64,000 nt of DNA. Source: the human T2T-CHM13v2.0 reference genome, Homo sapiens. Below the pieces are notes generated by a model. The model worked only from the letters and a program-made list of their open reading frames with translations, searched no databases and was not told the origin of the DNA. The position numbers and the translations under genes are program-made. Positions 17,660-34,689 of this stretch are shown piece after piece. The stretch lies in the NCBI RefSeq assembly GCF_009914755.1, contig NC_060947.1, one strand, 5' to 3'. Position 1 is the first letter of the stretch; each line of letters opens with the position of its first letter.

Positions 17660-17777
17660 AGCTTTGACAGACATGCTACGCATTTTTTATCCTTTCCTGG
17701 GTGCCTAGGGCTGTCATAGACAGATTTTATTTTTATAAATGATTGCTCTGCTGTGTGGAGAATCTATTGTAGGGATT

Positions 17778-18282
17778 TTTATCAGTTTCCAATTGATGCT
17801 ATGACAAATTAACATAAATTTAATGGCTTAAAAACCACCTAGTTATCTTATAGTCCTAGAATTCAGAAGTCTATAATATCTAGTTTCAATGGGCTAAAAT
17901 CAAGGCAGAAGTCTTCATTCTAGATACTCTAAGAGAGAATGCATTTCTTTGTCTTTTCCAGCTTCTAGACACCACCTACATTTCTTTATTCATGGCTCCT
18001 TCCCCCATTTTCAAAGCCAGCAGTAGGGCATCTTCTCTCCTCTCTGACCTCAGCTCCAGTCATTACATCCTCACTTTCTGATTCTCGTCCTCCAGTCTAC
18101 CTCTCATATGGACCCTTGTGATTACATTGGAGCAAATTGAATGGTCCAAGAGAAATCTCCCCATCTCAAGATTTTTAATTTAATCACACCTGTAAAATCC
18201 TTGTTACCATGCAAGGTGACATACACACGGATTCCTGAACATCCTGGTATGTGTACGGAGGGGCATTATTCTGTCTACCGCA
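17778..18282 (-). mobile_element. MLT1D-like MaLR solo LTR
   Basis: atcagtttccaattgatgctatgacaaatt...gggcattattctgtctaccgca terminus, ~505 bp. Confidence 0.8.
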
Positions 18283-18427
18283 GTAGTCAAGAATGAAAGT
18301 AAAAAGCCAGTTACAAAGGTATTGCGATAATCTAAGTGTGAGATGATGGTAACTTAGATTGGGTAGCAATGGAAATGGAAATAAGTAGTCAGATTGGAGA
18401 ATTAATTAGGAGAAACTGAACAGGACT

Positions 18428-18430
<3 letters not shown>

Positions 18431-18477
<47 letters not shown>
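18431..18477. repeat. (AT)23 microsatellite
   Basis: Perfect dinucleotide run. Confidence 0.98.
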
Positions 18478-18478
<1 letters not shown>

Positions 18479-19230
18479 TGAACTATAACTGATTTATAAT
18501 ATGTCTCCTGATTATTGTGAATATCATATCTATAGCATGGACTAGGAAATTAAAATATTACATTTTGAACATGGTCCTGTATATTTATAAAAGTAGACAT
18601 TTTTGCATCCAAAAAGTTTTGCTTCTTTGTTTATTTTGGCATAGGTAGAAATTTTATTTTTAACTTTCTGGAAGAGTTGTATGAAATAGTTTGCTCAGAT
18701 TTTGAAACCTTATGAATAAATCATTTGAAATTGTCTACTAAATTTGCTATTTATCTCATTAAGTTTGAATATGAGAGAGAAAAATGCTAACAAATTAGAA
18801 AATAAAGTCAATTAGAAAATAAAAACTGGTTGTGTTCAAAGTGCATCATGTGTGGGTGGCAGTTGAAACACTAAAAAAGTAATTTTCATGAGCAGACGAC
18901 TGAACTTTGAACATGTTTTAAATGGCATTACAAGAAACGAAACTGTATTTTAGTTGGAGGTCTCCAGAAATTACAATGGAGAAGACTGACAGAGATAGAC
19001 CTGTTGAGAAGTTCTCTTGACTGATTCTTATGGCCAAAAGCTCTAGAGGAATATTTAGGAGTGTGGAAAAGGAAAACAGAAAGTTATATGGGCATTCTTA
19101 GGCTAGACCATTACCACATTACAGATGTACCCTGAGGAAAATACAATACGTTAAAAACTTATTCATCTTATGAGGTTTGACACATCTCGAGAACATATCT
19201 GAGGATCACATTAAATTAAAAATCCCTTTA

Positions 19231-21049
19231 GAGGAAAGTGACATTAGCAAGATGGTGGAATAGGAAATTCTATCACTCATCCCCTGACAAAAACATCAAT
19301 TTGAACAACCATCCAAGCATAAAAATCCATTACAAGATACCCTCAATAAATGTAAGAAATTTATGTGAGAGAATACAGCAGATGGGTGGAACACAGAAAT
19401 AAGAAAAGATACATTGAAGAGGGTAGGAAGGATAGTTTTACATTACCTATGTCATTCATTGCCTAAGCTTGAGCAATGCTGTGCAGGGAGAGTTACCCTT
19501 CATGTAGGAGAAGAGTGAGGTGAGCACCTGACTTTGCTATAGTGAGCCCCCAGAGCTTCAGGCTCCAGTACTTCCTCAGTGCCAGGCTGGCCCTCATAGC
19601 ACCAGGCTTCAGGCCCACAGTGGCAGGCTAGCCTCATGGCCACAGGCTCCAGGCTGGCAGGCCCAAGTTCCAGGACTGCCACAGTACCAGGTTTGTTCCC
19701 ATGAACCCAGGCTTCAGGCTGGTCTCCATGGACCCAGGACTCAGGCCTTCCCCTATAGACTCAGACTCTAGGCCTGCTACAGCACCAGGCCAGACCTGTG
19801 GACCCAAGTTTTAGGCCTCCTCTCTGGAATCTGGTGCCCGGCCCATTTCAGTGGACCCTGGCACCAGGATGTACCCTATGGACTTATGATCAGGACTATC
19901 CCTGTGGACCCAACCATTAGGACAACTTCAGTGAGCCTTACTGTCAGGCTGGCCACCATGAACCCAAGATCTAGGCCTGCTCCAGTGGACACAGGCTCCA
20001 GGTCCACCCCTGTGGATGCAGGCACCAGACCTGGCCACCTGCTAACCAGGGAACTAGGTCAGCTAGCCTTAGGACACCAGCAGCAAGCTTGCCCATGGAC
20101 CACACCAGTTGGCCTACCCAGAATCTTTGGATAGGCTGACTTTAAAGGGCTTTATGTGTTAAGCCAGTCTGTAAAGACTGTAAGAGGTGCCTACTCTTTC
20201 AAATGTGCAGACACCAACCAACACAAGACCCCAAGAATTACAAATAATGAGGGAAACATGACATTATCAAAGGAACAAAATAATGCATCAGTCACAGATT
20301 CGAATGAAATGGAGATCTACAACCTACTTGACAAAGAATTCAAAATAATCATCTTAAATAGCTCAGTGAGCCACAAGAGAGCACAGATAGCCAACCAGAC
20401 TAAATCAGAAAATGAACATATGAGCAAAATAAAAAAGTTCAACAGGGATATAGAAAATATTAAAAAAGCCAAACAGAAATTCTGAAACTGAAGAACAAAA
20501 TGACTGCACTGAAGAATGTCATACAGACATTCAGCAACAGACTTGATGAAGCAAAAGAAAGAATCAGCAACCTTGAAGACAGGTTATTTGAAATTACTTA
20601 GTGAGGAACAAAACAGAAAAAAAATAATTAAAAATAATGACAAAAGCCTATGAGACTTATAGAATATCATCAAGTGAATCAATGTAAACATTATGGAAAT
20701 CCAAGAAGGAGAAGATAAAGAGAAAAAAAAGGGACAAAAAAAGTAAAGAGATAATGAAAAAAAAAAAACTTTCAAAATATGGAGAAGAAAATGAACACCC
20801 AGATCCATGAAGCCTAAAGACTCCAAACAGATTAAACATAAAGATCTCATCACTGATACACAATATAATCAAATTCTCAAAATTCAGTGATTAAAAAGAG
20901 AATTTTGAAAGCAGCTAAAGAAAAAAAAAGTGACTCGTCTCATCACATATATAGAAACTCTCATAAAACAATCAGCTGATTTCTCAGAACAAACCTTGCA
21001 GGCCAGGAGAGAGTGGAATGACATATTCAAAGTGCTGAAATGAAAATAC
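19231..21049 (+). mobile_element. Mammalian-era L1M 5'UTR and ORF1 remnant
   Basis: gcaagatggtggaatagg 5' end, a GC-rich tandem array and ORF1-like peptides (EMEIYNLLDKEFKIIIL), broken off at an inserted L1 5' end. Confidence 0.8.
19545..20045 (+). repeat. Degenerate 27-bp tandem array in the L1M 5'UTR
   Basis: Units such as ccatgaacccaggcttcaggctggtct / ccatggacccaggactcaggccttccc / ctatagactcagactctaggcctgcta. Confidence 0.8.
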
Positions 21050-22375
21050 TGGGTGGGTGTAGAAAGATGGCAGAGTAGAAGGCTCCACTGGTCATACCCC
21101 CACCCTTCATAAAAAACTATTTTCACACACACACACACACACACCACCTTCATAAGAACCAAAAGTCAAGTCAGCACTCACAGTACCTGGATTTAACTTC
21201 ATATTGCTGAAAGAGGCACTAAAGCGGTAAGCATCTGGAATGACAGGTAGTGCGGGTGCCGTGTGGAGAGCATTTTTGTGCCCTGGGAAGAAAGGAAAAC
21301 AGCAACTGTGAGACATTAAACTCAGTGCTGACCTTGTTATAGCAGAAAGCAAAACTAGACCAAACTCAGCTGATGCCTGCCCATGCAGGGAGCATTTAAA
21401 CTAGCTCTAGCCAGAGGGGAATCATTGATCTCAGCAGACAACTTGAGTTCCTACAAGCCTTGCCACCTCAGGCTAAAGTGTTCTGGGGCACCAAATAAAC
21501 TTGAAAGGCAGTTTAGGCCACAAAGACTGCAACACTTAGGTGAGTCCTAGAGCTGAATTAGGCCCAGAGACAGTGAACTGGAGGGGCACATGACCTACTG
21601 AGACACCAGCAGAAGTGGCAAAGGGAGTGCTGGCATCACCCTTCCCCTAACCTACTTAAGGAAAGCAGATGGAAAAGTGGAGAAGACTTTGTCTTGCATC
21701 TTGGATACCAGCTCAGCGAGAGCAGGATAGGGCACTGGTCACGGTTGTGAGGCCCCCTTTCCAGGCCCTAGCTCCTGGACATTTCTAGAAACATACTGGA
21801 CCAGAAGAGAACATGTGGCCGTGAGGGTAAGAACTCAGTCTTGGCAGGATGCGTCACCTATTAACTGAAGAACCCTTGGGCCTTAAGTAACCAGCAGTAA
21901 TACCACAGTACTACACTGGGCCTTGGGTGAGACTCAGACTTGCTGGCTTCTAGTGATTCTCAGCACATTCCCAGTTGTGGTGATGATGAAGCAAGACTCC
22001 TGCTTGAGAAAGTGGATGGAAAAGTAAAGGCAACTATTTCCTGCACCTCAGGTATGAGTTCAGCCACAGGAGTTAGTGCACCAAACAGGCTCTTGGGGTC
22101 CCCAATTCCAGGAGTTGGCCCTTGGATAACATTTCTTGACTTGCCCTGTGCGAGAGGAGGGCCCATTCTCCTGGAGGGTGAATCGCAGGTGAGGCAGCAT
22201 TCACACAACCTGACTGAATAACCCTTGGGCCTTGAGGGAACATCAGTGGAAGTCTGGCAATATTCTCTGTGGACATGACTTGGCAGTGGTCATGGAGTGA
22301 AACTCTTCTGTCTTTGGAAAGCAGAGACAAAAGTGAGAAGGACTATGTCTTGTGGTTTGAGTGCCAGCTCAGCCA
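21050..22375 (+). mobile_element. L1M1/L1MA1-3-type 5'UTR fragment
   Basis: aaagatggcagagtagaaggctccac start and internal ~340-bp repeats (ttgtcttgcatcttggataccagctcagc); contains (CA)n at ~21124-21144. Confidence 0.8.
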
Positions 22376-22580
22376 AATTAAATTTCTCTGCATACAAAGA
22401 CTTTCCTCCTCTCATACATTCTGTTATTGAGGTAACAGTTTACATCTCTTATATTGTGTGTCCATTAATAAATTGTTGTGGCTATAGTTATTTTTAGTAA
22501 TTATTTTTAGTAATTTGACATTTATAGTAGAGCCAAAAGTGTTTTGTGTACCACCATTACTTTATTAATGTATTCTGAAT
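22376..22580 (-). mobile_element. L1M inter-ORF region fragment
   Basis: Antisense of the AT-rich ORF1-ORF2 spacer of old L1M (acacaatataagagatgtaaactgt). Confidence 0.6.
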
Positions 22581-23424
22581 TTTTTTGTCAGCACATAGTA
22601 GGTATATATATTTATGGGCTATATGAGATATTTTGATACAGGCATGCCGTGTAACATAATCACATCATGGAAAATGGGGTGTCCATATCCTCAAGCGTTT
22701 GTCTTTGTGTTATAAACAATCCAATTACACTCTTTTAGTTCTTGTAAAATGTACATTAAATTACTATTGACTACAGTCATGCTCTTTTGTACTATAATAT
22801 GCTAAGACTTATTCATTTTCTCTAATTGTTTTTGTATCCAGGAACCTACCCAAATCCCCATAAGCCCCACACCACCCTTCTCAGCCTCTATTCACCATAC
22901 TTCTACAGTCCATCTCTGTGGGTTCAATTATTTTGATTTCTAGATCCCACAAATAAGAGCCAGTATGTAATTTGTCTTTCCGTGTTGACTTAACCAAAGA
23001 TGTTAAAAATCTTTATAATAAAAAAGTATACAATACTGATGAAATAAATTGAAGAGAACACCAAAAAAAAATGGGAAGATAATCCATGTTCACGGATTGG
23101 AAGAACCAATAGTGTTAAATGTCCACACTACCCAAAGCAACCCACCCATTCAAGGCAATGCCTATCAAAATACCATTGACACTCCACAAAATTTGAAAAA
23201 AGTATCCTAAAATTTATATAAAACCTCAAAAGATCCAGAACAGCCAAAAATATCCTAAGCAAAAAGTACAAAACTTAAAAAATCATATTATCTGACTTCA
23301 AATTATACTACAGAGCTACAGTAACCAAAACAGTATGGTACTGGCATAAAGACAGGCACATAGACCAATGGAACAAAATAGAGAACCCAGAAACAAATCC
23401 ATACATCTACGGTGAACTTATTTT
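22581..23424. mobile_element. L1MA2/3-like 3' end (-, 22581-22985) joined to an inverted ORF2 segment (+, 22987-23424)
   Basis: catagtaggtatatatatttatggg...aatccaattacactctttt 3'UTR on the minus strand, then sense ORF2 (gacttcaaattatactacagagc). Confidence 0.75.
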
Positions 23425-23649
23425 CTTATTATTATTATTATTATTAATTATACTTTAAGTTCTAGGGTACATGTGCACAATGTGCAGGTTTGTTACATAT
23501 GTACACATGTGCCATGTTGGCATGCTGCACCCATTAACTCGTCATTTACATTAGGTATATCTCCTAATGCTATCCCTCCTCCCTCCCCCCACCCCACGAC
23601 AGGCCCCGGTGTGTAATGTTCCACACCCTGTGTCCAAGTGTTCTCATTG

Positions 23650-27467
<3,818 letters not shown>

Positions 27468-27530
27468 TATGATGCTAGCTGGTTGTTTTTCTCATTAGTT
27501 GATGCAATTTCTTCATAGTGTCAATGATCT

Positions 27531-28570
27531 TTACAATTTTGTGTGTTTTTGCAGTGGCTGCTACCGGTTTTTCCTTTCCATGTTTAGTGCTTCCTTCAGG
27601 AGCTCTTGTAATGCAAGCCTGTTGGTGACAAAATCTCTCAGCATTTGCTTGAAATCTCTCAGCATTTTCTTGTCTGTAAAGGATTTTATTTCTCCTCTTA
27701 TGAAGCTTGGTTTGGCTGGATATTAAATTCTGGGTCGAAAATTCTTTTCTTTAAGAATGTCGAATATTGGCCCCCACTCTCTTCCAGCTTGTAGGGTTTC
27801 TGCAGAGAGATCCGCTGTTAGTCTGATGAGCTTCCCTTTGTGGGTAACCTAATCTTTCTCTCTGGCTGCCCTTAACATTTTTTCCTTCATTTCAGCCTTG
27901 GCGAATCTGATGATTTTTTGTCTTGGGGTTTGCTCTTCTTGAGGATTATCTTTGTGGTGTTCTCTGTATTTTCTGAATTTGGATGTTGGCCTGTCTTGCT
28001 AGGTTGAGGAAGTTTTCCTGGATAATATCCTGAAGAGTGTTTTCCAGCCTGGTTCCATCCTCCTCGTCACTTTCAGGTATACCAATCAAGTGTAGATTTG
28101 GTCTTTTCATATAGTCCCATATTTCTTTGAGGCTTTGTTCATTCCTTTTCATTCTTTTTTCTCTAAACATGTCTTCTTTATTTCATTAAGTTGATCTTCA
28201 ATCACTGATATCCTTTCTTCCACTTGATCGATTCATCTATTTAAACTTGGGTATGCTTCATGAAGTACTTGTGCTGTGTTTTTCAGCCCATCAGGTCATT
28301 TATGTTCTTCTCTACACTGGTTATTCCAGTTAGCAATTCGTCTAACCTTTTTTCAAGGTCCTTAGCTTCCTTGCATTGGGTTAGAACACGCTCCTTTAGC
28401 TCGGAGGAGTTTGTTATTACCCACCTTCTGAAGCCTACTTCTGTCAGTTCATCAAACTCATTCTCTGTCCAGTTTTGTTCCCTTGCTGGTGAGGAGTTGT
28501 GATCCTTTGGAGGAGATGAGGTGTTCTGATTTTTGGAATTTTCAGCCTTTTTGTGCTGGTTCTGCCCCAT
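27531..28570 (-). pseudogene. L1 ORF1p remnant, disrupted
   Basis: MGQNQHKKAENSKNQ... and NEQSLKEIWDYMKRPNL; has a 21-bp tandem duplication aaatctctcagcatt(tg/tt)cttg at 27631-27672. Confidence 0.9.
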
Positions 28571-28836
28571 CTTTGTGGATTTATCGACCTTTGGTCTTTG
28601 ATGTTGGTGACCTTCAGATGGGGTCTTTGGGTGCACGTGCTATTCCTTTCTGTTAGTTTTCCTTCTGGCAGGCCTCTCTGCTGCCAGTCTGCTGGGGTTT
28701 GCTGGAGGTCCACTTCCAACCCTGTCTGCCTGGGTATCACCAGCGGAGGCTCAGTTGGAAATGCAGAAATCACCCACCTTCTGCGTCAGTCTCACTGGGA
28801 GCTGCAGACCGGAGCTGTTTCTATTCGGCCATCTTC

Positions 28837-30240
28837 CCACTGTATGTTTTTGATACCTTGTTGAAAATCAGTTCAATATAGGTATGTGGATTTGTTTCTA
28901 GGTTCTCTATTCTGTTCCATTGAGCTATGTGTCTGTTTTTATGCCAGCATCATGCTGTTTTGGGTACCATAGGTGTGTAGTATAATTTGAAATCAGGTAA
29001 TATGCTTCTTCCAGTTTTGTTCTGTTTGCTTAGGTTAGCTTTGGATATTCTGGGCCTTTCGTGGTTCCATATACATTTTAGAATTGTTTCTCTATTTCTG
29101 TGAAGGATGTCCTTTGTATTTTGATAGGGATTTCATTGAATCTCTAGATCACTTTGGGTAGTATGGACATTTTAACCATATTGATTCTTCCAATGCATAA
29201 ACATGGAATACTTTTCCATTTTTGGTGTCCTCTTCAATTTCTTTCATCTGTGCCATACAGTTTTCATTATAGAGGTCTTTCATTTTTTGGTTAATTCCTA
29301 GGTATTTGATTTCTTTTTCACATTGTTCTGTGTTGGCATATGGAAATGCTACTGATTTTTCTATGTTGATTTGTTTCCTGCAACTTTATTGAATATACCA
29401 GTTCTAATAGTTTTCTTGTGGAGTCTTTAGGTTTTCCAAATATAAGATTAAATGATCTGCAAACAAGAATAATTTGACTTCTTTCTTTCCAATTTGGATG
29501 TCCTTTATTTCTTTCTTTTGTCTGACTGCTCTAGCTAGGATTTCCAGTACTATGTCTGATAACAGTGGTGTCAGTGAGCATCCTTGTTGTGTTCTAGATC
29601 TTAGAGGAAAGGCTTTCAGTTTTTCCCCATTCAGTATGATACTAGATGTGAGTCTTTCATATATGGCTTTTATTATGTTGAGGTATGTTCCTTCTATCCC
29701 CAATTTTTGGATGTTAAATTTTATCAAATGCTTTTTGAGCTTCAATTAAAATGATCATATGGAGTTTATTCTTCATTCTGTTGATACGATGTATCACATT
29801 GATTGATTTGCATATGTGAACCATCCTTGTATCCCAGGGATAAATCCCACTTCCTCATGATGAACAATCTTTCTAATATATTGAATTTCGTTTGATAGTA
29901 TTTTGTTGGGGATTTTTACATCAATATTCATTAGAGATATTGATCTATAGATTTCTTTTATTGATGTGTCATTGTCTGATTTCTGTATCAGGGTAATACT
30001 GGCCTCATATATTGAGTTTGGAAGTATTCTCTCCTTCTCTATTTTTCAGAATACCTTGATTAGGACTGATATTAGTCTTTCTTTCAATGTTTGTATAATA
30101 CAGCATTACAGCCATCAGATCCCAAGCTTTTCTTTACTGGGAGACATTTTATTACTGCGTCAATCTTGTTACTTACTATTGCTCTGTTCAAGTTTTGGAT
30201 TTCTTCCTGGTTCAATCTTGGTAGGTTGTATAGATCTAGG
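28837..30240 (-). mobile_element. L1MA-type ORF2 fragment
   Basis: GTYLNIIKAIYERLTSSIILNGEKLKAFPLRS...LFADHLILYLEN on the minus strand. Confidence 0.85.
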
Positions 30241-30325
30241 TGATTGTGTTGTGTGAGCATCATAGAGTATACTTACACAAATCTAGATAGTATAGCTTAC
30301 TATACATCTTGGCTATATATATAGG
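30241..30325 (-). mobile_element. Tigger3 (Golem) fragment
   Basis: catcatagagtatacttacacaaatctagatagtatagcttac, homologous to the element at 54216. Confidence 0.65.
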
Positions 30326-30329
30326 CTAC

Positions 30330-30590
30330 CATAGCAATAAAAAGGAATGAACTATTAATACACTCAATGACATGGATAAGTTTTAAATGCATTACATTAT
30401 ATAAAAGAAGAGTAAGAATACTGCACAGTGTATACTTCATTTGTATGACATTCTGGAAAAGACAAAACTATAGGGACAGTTAACAGATTAGTCGTTGTCA
30501 GGGGTTGGGGGAGGGGGAAGATTTGACTACAAAGGAGCAAGAGGGATTTTATGGAAGTGATAGAATTGTATGATTAAAAGGGTAAACTTT
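30330..30590 (+). mobile_element. L1MC/L1ME-type 3'UTR fragment
   Basis: gcaataaaaaggaatgaactatt...gacattctggaaaagacaaaactatagggacag. Confidence 0.7.
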
Positions 30591-31253
30591 AAGAACTACA
30601 TCCTTGTAATATTTAGCATAGCTAGTCTTTGAACAGAGTAGGTGCTCCAGAATATTCTAAGTGAAGGAGAGAAAGACTTCAAATGTTTGTAAGCATGGAA
30701 GAGTAAGGCAATGATGGAGCTACTAGCAAAGGCAAAGAGTAGAGAAAGGAAGGCAAAGATTTAGCCAGACAGAACATGAATAGTGTGGTAGACTTGACCC
30801 ACTGTGTTTTCCTTACCCCATTATATGCCACAACCTTTAGATTGAGTGAAAATCAGAGCCCAGTGCATCTGATATTAGGATTACCACCTACAGAGGGGAA
30901 ACAAGAGACTATGCAAGGCTGAAACAAGTAGGATAAGCAACTAAAATCAGCAACATAGACTACAAGTCAGAACTGGGAACAAAATGACTAAAGAAAAAAT
31001 CAAAAATGAAATGGCCACAAAATACAGTTTATTTTGTGTATTTTTTGCCAGGGAAGGCAAGAAATAAGGCAACATCCTTGAATAGCTTCATACAGAGAGA
31101 ATAATCTGGAGTCTAAAACACAATACTTAATAACAGAAACTATGTTTGCATACTGCCTCTGCTTTCCAAACTACTTTCCCAGCCATTATCATGTTTGGTC
31201 CTTGTAGGATTTTAATTAGCAATATTATTTACATATTATACATATTTATCATT

Positions 31254-31610
31254 TGATATGATTAGTCTGTGTCCCCAGCCAAATCTTATCTTGAACTGTA
31301 ATAATCCCCACATGTCAGGGGCTGAGCCAGGTGGAGATAATTGAATCATGAGGGCAGTTTCCCCCATACTGTTCTCATGGTAGTGAATAAGTCTCACGAG
31401 ATCTGACGGTTGTATAAATGGGAGTTTCCCTGCAGAAGATCTCTTGACTGCCACCAAGTAAAATGTGACTTTGCTCTTCATTCACCTTCTGCCATGATTG
31501 TGAGGCCTCCCCAGCCATGTGGAACTGTGAGTCAATTAAATCTCATTCCTTTATAAATTACCAAGTCTCAGGTATGTCTTTATTAGCAGCATTGGAACAG
31601 AGTAATATAC
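31254..31610 (+). mobile_element. THE1 (THE1B/C-like) MaLR solo LTR
   Basis: tgatatg...gtctcacgagatctga...gccatgattgtgaggcctccccagccatgtggaactgtgagtcaattaaa, ~355 bp. Confidence 0.9.
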
Positions 31611-31972
31611 AATTCTTTTCCCACCACCAAATAAAGCAATAACATTTGCCGACATTTGTGACTCATTTCTTATTAGCTCAAAAAATTCTCAAATTTTCCA
31701 TATTTTCCCTTCACATACATAGTTTATTCCCTCTTTTATCTAAGGTGGTTTCTTCTATAAGCCAATATTCCTCCTGACTCTCTTGTTTATCTGCAGTCTG
31801 CTCTCACAGCAGGGTTTTTATCTCCCAAGTTCTGATGCTATATTTTTCCTTTTTTGTGCTTTTTTTAAATAGGACCTGATGAATTGTCACCATCAGAAAG
31901 ACTTTATTAAGAATTATGGCTCTTCATGAGTATGCAGCAAAAATGATACAAATTAATACATACATTCTAAAG

Positions 31973-32148
31973 CAGGTATCAGCAAACTGTTTCTATATGG
32001 GACCAGACAGTAAGTACTTAAATCTTTGTGGAGCATATAGTCTGTTGCTACTGCTCAACTCTGCCCTTATAGAAAGGCAGTCGGCCATAGACAATATATA
32101 AAATTGTACTTATAAAAACAGGCACTAGGTCATAGTTTACCATTCCTG
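31973..32148. mobile_element. MER58-like hAT-Charlie MITE
   Basis: TIRs caggtatcagcaaact / agtttaccattcctg and an 8-bp TSD ttctaaag / ttctcaag. Confidence 0.8.
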
Positions 32149-33318
32149 TTCTCAAGTTTCACTTAATAAGAAGCACCACATACTGTCAGTCCTCAAAACA
32201 CTCCCACAGCAGAACATAATATTCTTCTCACATCAATGCTTAATTTTTTGTTGTTTGCTAGATAAATTAAATCAACATTTTCATAATGTCTTTCAAAAAA
32301 CTTTTAATTTCATTTTTATAACCTCAAAATACAATTTATAAAATATAAAACTAACTTCTTAAAAGTGTTTAATTCAGTGTTTTTTGAACAGTCAGAGTTG
32401 TACAACCCTCACCACTAATATTTACCATCCCTCTCCTTTCGGACAATAATCATTCAACTGGTGCCTATTGAGCATCTATTATCTGCCCATCCTTGTATAA
32501 TGTTTTTGTTTTGTTTTACTTTGTTTGGTTGGTTTGGTTTGGCTTGGCATGGCTTGGTAGAGGGTGTGGCTAGTGCATAGTGGGTAATAGGAGAAACATA
32601 ATACATGACATGTCTGACACACTCAGCTAACAATATAAAAATTAAAAAATGGGAGTGCTAAGTTAGGCGACATGGAAACTACATACACAATAAAATTTTA
32701 CTTATAGGTGGGTGGGGCAGGGGGATCCTAAGGAACATGATGAATTTATCTAGAGATTCAGCAGTCCTGCTATTACCCTCTCTAATCCAATGTCATCTAT
32801 AATCTGACTAACTCAGAAAGGTTTTCACTGGGGCACTTCCAAAGATGAAGGATGAGTTACATCTTTTTCTTCATAATCTTCTCTTGAAGACATATGGTAT
32901 CTCCTCTGAAATTTTGCATTCATTTTAAGCAGTTGTTTATTACATAGAGCAAAACTTTATAGTTTTTTCCCAGTTCTCTAGTTCCTGCAACCTCCTAAGA
33001 GTGTATGAAGTATTTCTCTTCATTGAGTTCATCAGTTCCAATTTCACAAGTCACATCTTTTGATTTCTTACAACCTTTTCAATCCTCAGTCCTTAGCATT
33101 CACTCTGCCTCACCCATTTTCATTTTTGAAAATGTTTTTCTTTTCTTTCCAGCAGAGGGAATGCTTCTCATTAGTCATTTACTGCTTTTCTCTTTCAGTG
33201 CTATGAAGACAGTCTCTGGAGCAAAGTAATGACATATGATACAAACATGGGTGGACTTTAAAAACCTTATGCTAAGTGAAAGAAGCATGCACAAAAGACC
33301 ACATGCTATATGATTTCA

Positions 33319-33676
<358 letters not shown>

Positions 33677-33787
33677 TTAGTAGTTGCCTAGAGCTGGGAA
33701 AATGGGGGGAATGATTGCTAATGTATATGGAGTTTCTTTTTGGGGCAATAAAATGTAAAATAATTGTGGGAATGGTTACAAAACTTT

Positions 33788-34134
33788 TGTTGTTGTTGTT
33801 TGGTTGTTTTTGGTTTTGGGGGGTTTGGGGTGCATTTTTTTTTGAGACAGAGTCTTGCTCTGTCACCCAGGCTGGAGTACAATGGTGCAATCTTGGCTCA
33901 CTGCAACCTCCGTCTTCCAGGTTCAAGCGATTCTTGTGCCTCAGTCTCCTGAGTAACTGGAATTACAGGCACACACCACCATGTCAGGCTAATTTTTGTA
34001 CGTTTTTTTTTTCTAGTAGAGATGGGGTTTCGCCATGTTGGCCAGGCTGGACTTGAACTCCTGGCCTCAAGTGATCCAGTGGCCTTGACCTCCCAAAGTG
34101 CTGGGATTACAGGTATGAGCCACCACACCTGGCC
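33788..34134 (-). mobile_element. AluJ/old AluS SINE
   Basis: Dimeric antisense Alu with a decayed GT-rich tail and TSD tggttacaaaacttt / tggttgcacaacttt. Confidence 0.93.
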
Positions 34135-34689
34135 TGGTTGCACAACTTTGTAAATGTACTAAAAAATTCACTGAATTGTACTTTTAAAATGGATAAGTTT
34201 ATGGTACATAAATTATACCTCAATAAAGTTGTTGTTGTTTAAATAAAAAGGCAGCCAATGACAGTTGTGGTATAGGGGCATGCTTCAAGCAAGAGTCTGA
34301 TCATACCAGACCATCCTTCCTCCTGTAATACAAAGTTGACTTCCTTTTGACTCTGCCTTATTTCAAAGGGCTATAAAGAAACTCAGTCAGCAAATTCATG
34401 CCAGTCGTTAGTGGTAACTATACATTATTAAAACACAGGAAAATTGGCACCACAAAAACTTTTAATTAGTCTGACTCCATGTTCTAATGATGATTCCAGT
34501 TCTCCCACAATTGCCCTGGTACTGACTGTCAATCTGTCTAACTCTGTGAACTGCTCCATTTTTCTTTGCCAGAACTCCAGTTGTCATTACAATAAGCTCC
34601 GAATATTTAGGTTCATTTCCTCCCATATCCATAGCCTACTCTGATACCAGGTTCCTATTCAACATTAGTGAGAAGATTTCGCCAACCCT

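Larger units (their letters stand above)
16845..18430 (-). mobile_element. L2 LINE 3' portion, interrupted by two MLT1 LTRs
   Basis: Antisense L2 tail (atccattaattccacaaatacatat...ctaggcattgtgctaagtgc) and the purine-rich L2 body resuming after each LTR. Confidence 0.7.

Noticed and set aside
19545-20045. CRISPR-like array
   Set aside because: Head-to-tail degenerate units without unique spacers, inside a mammalian L1 5'UTR.
10833-23424. Net inversion between the two inverted L1PA copies in this haplotype
   Set aside because: The left L1 keeps matching TSDs and its host L1PA16 is collinear with its own TSD, so the interval is not currently flipped relative to the left flank.
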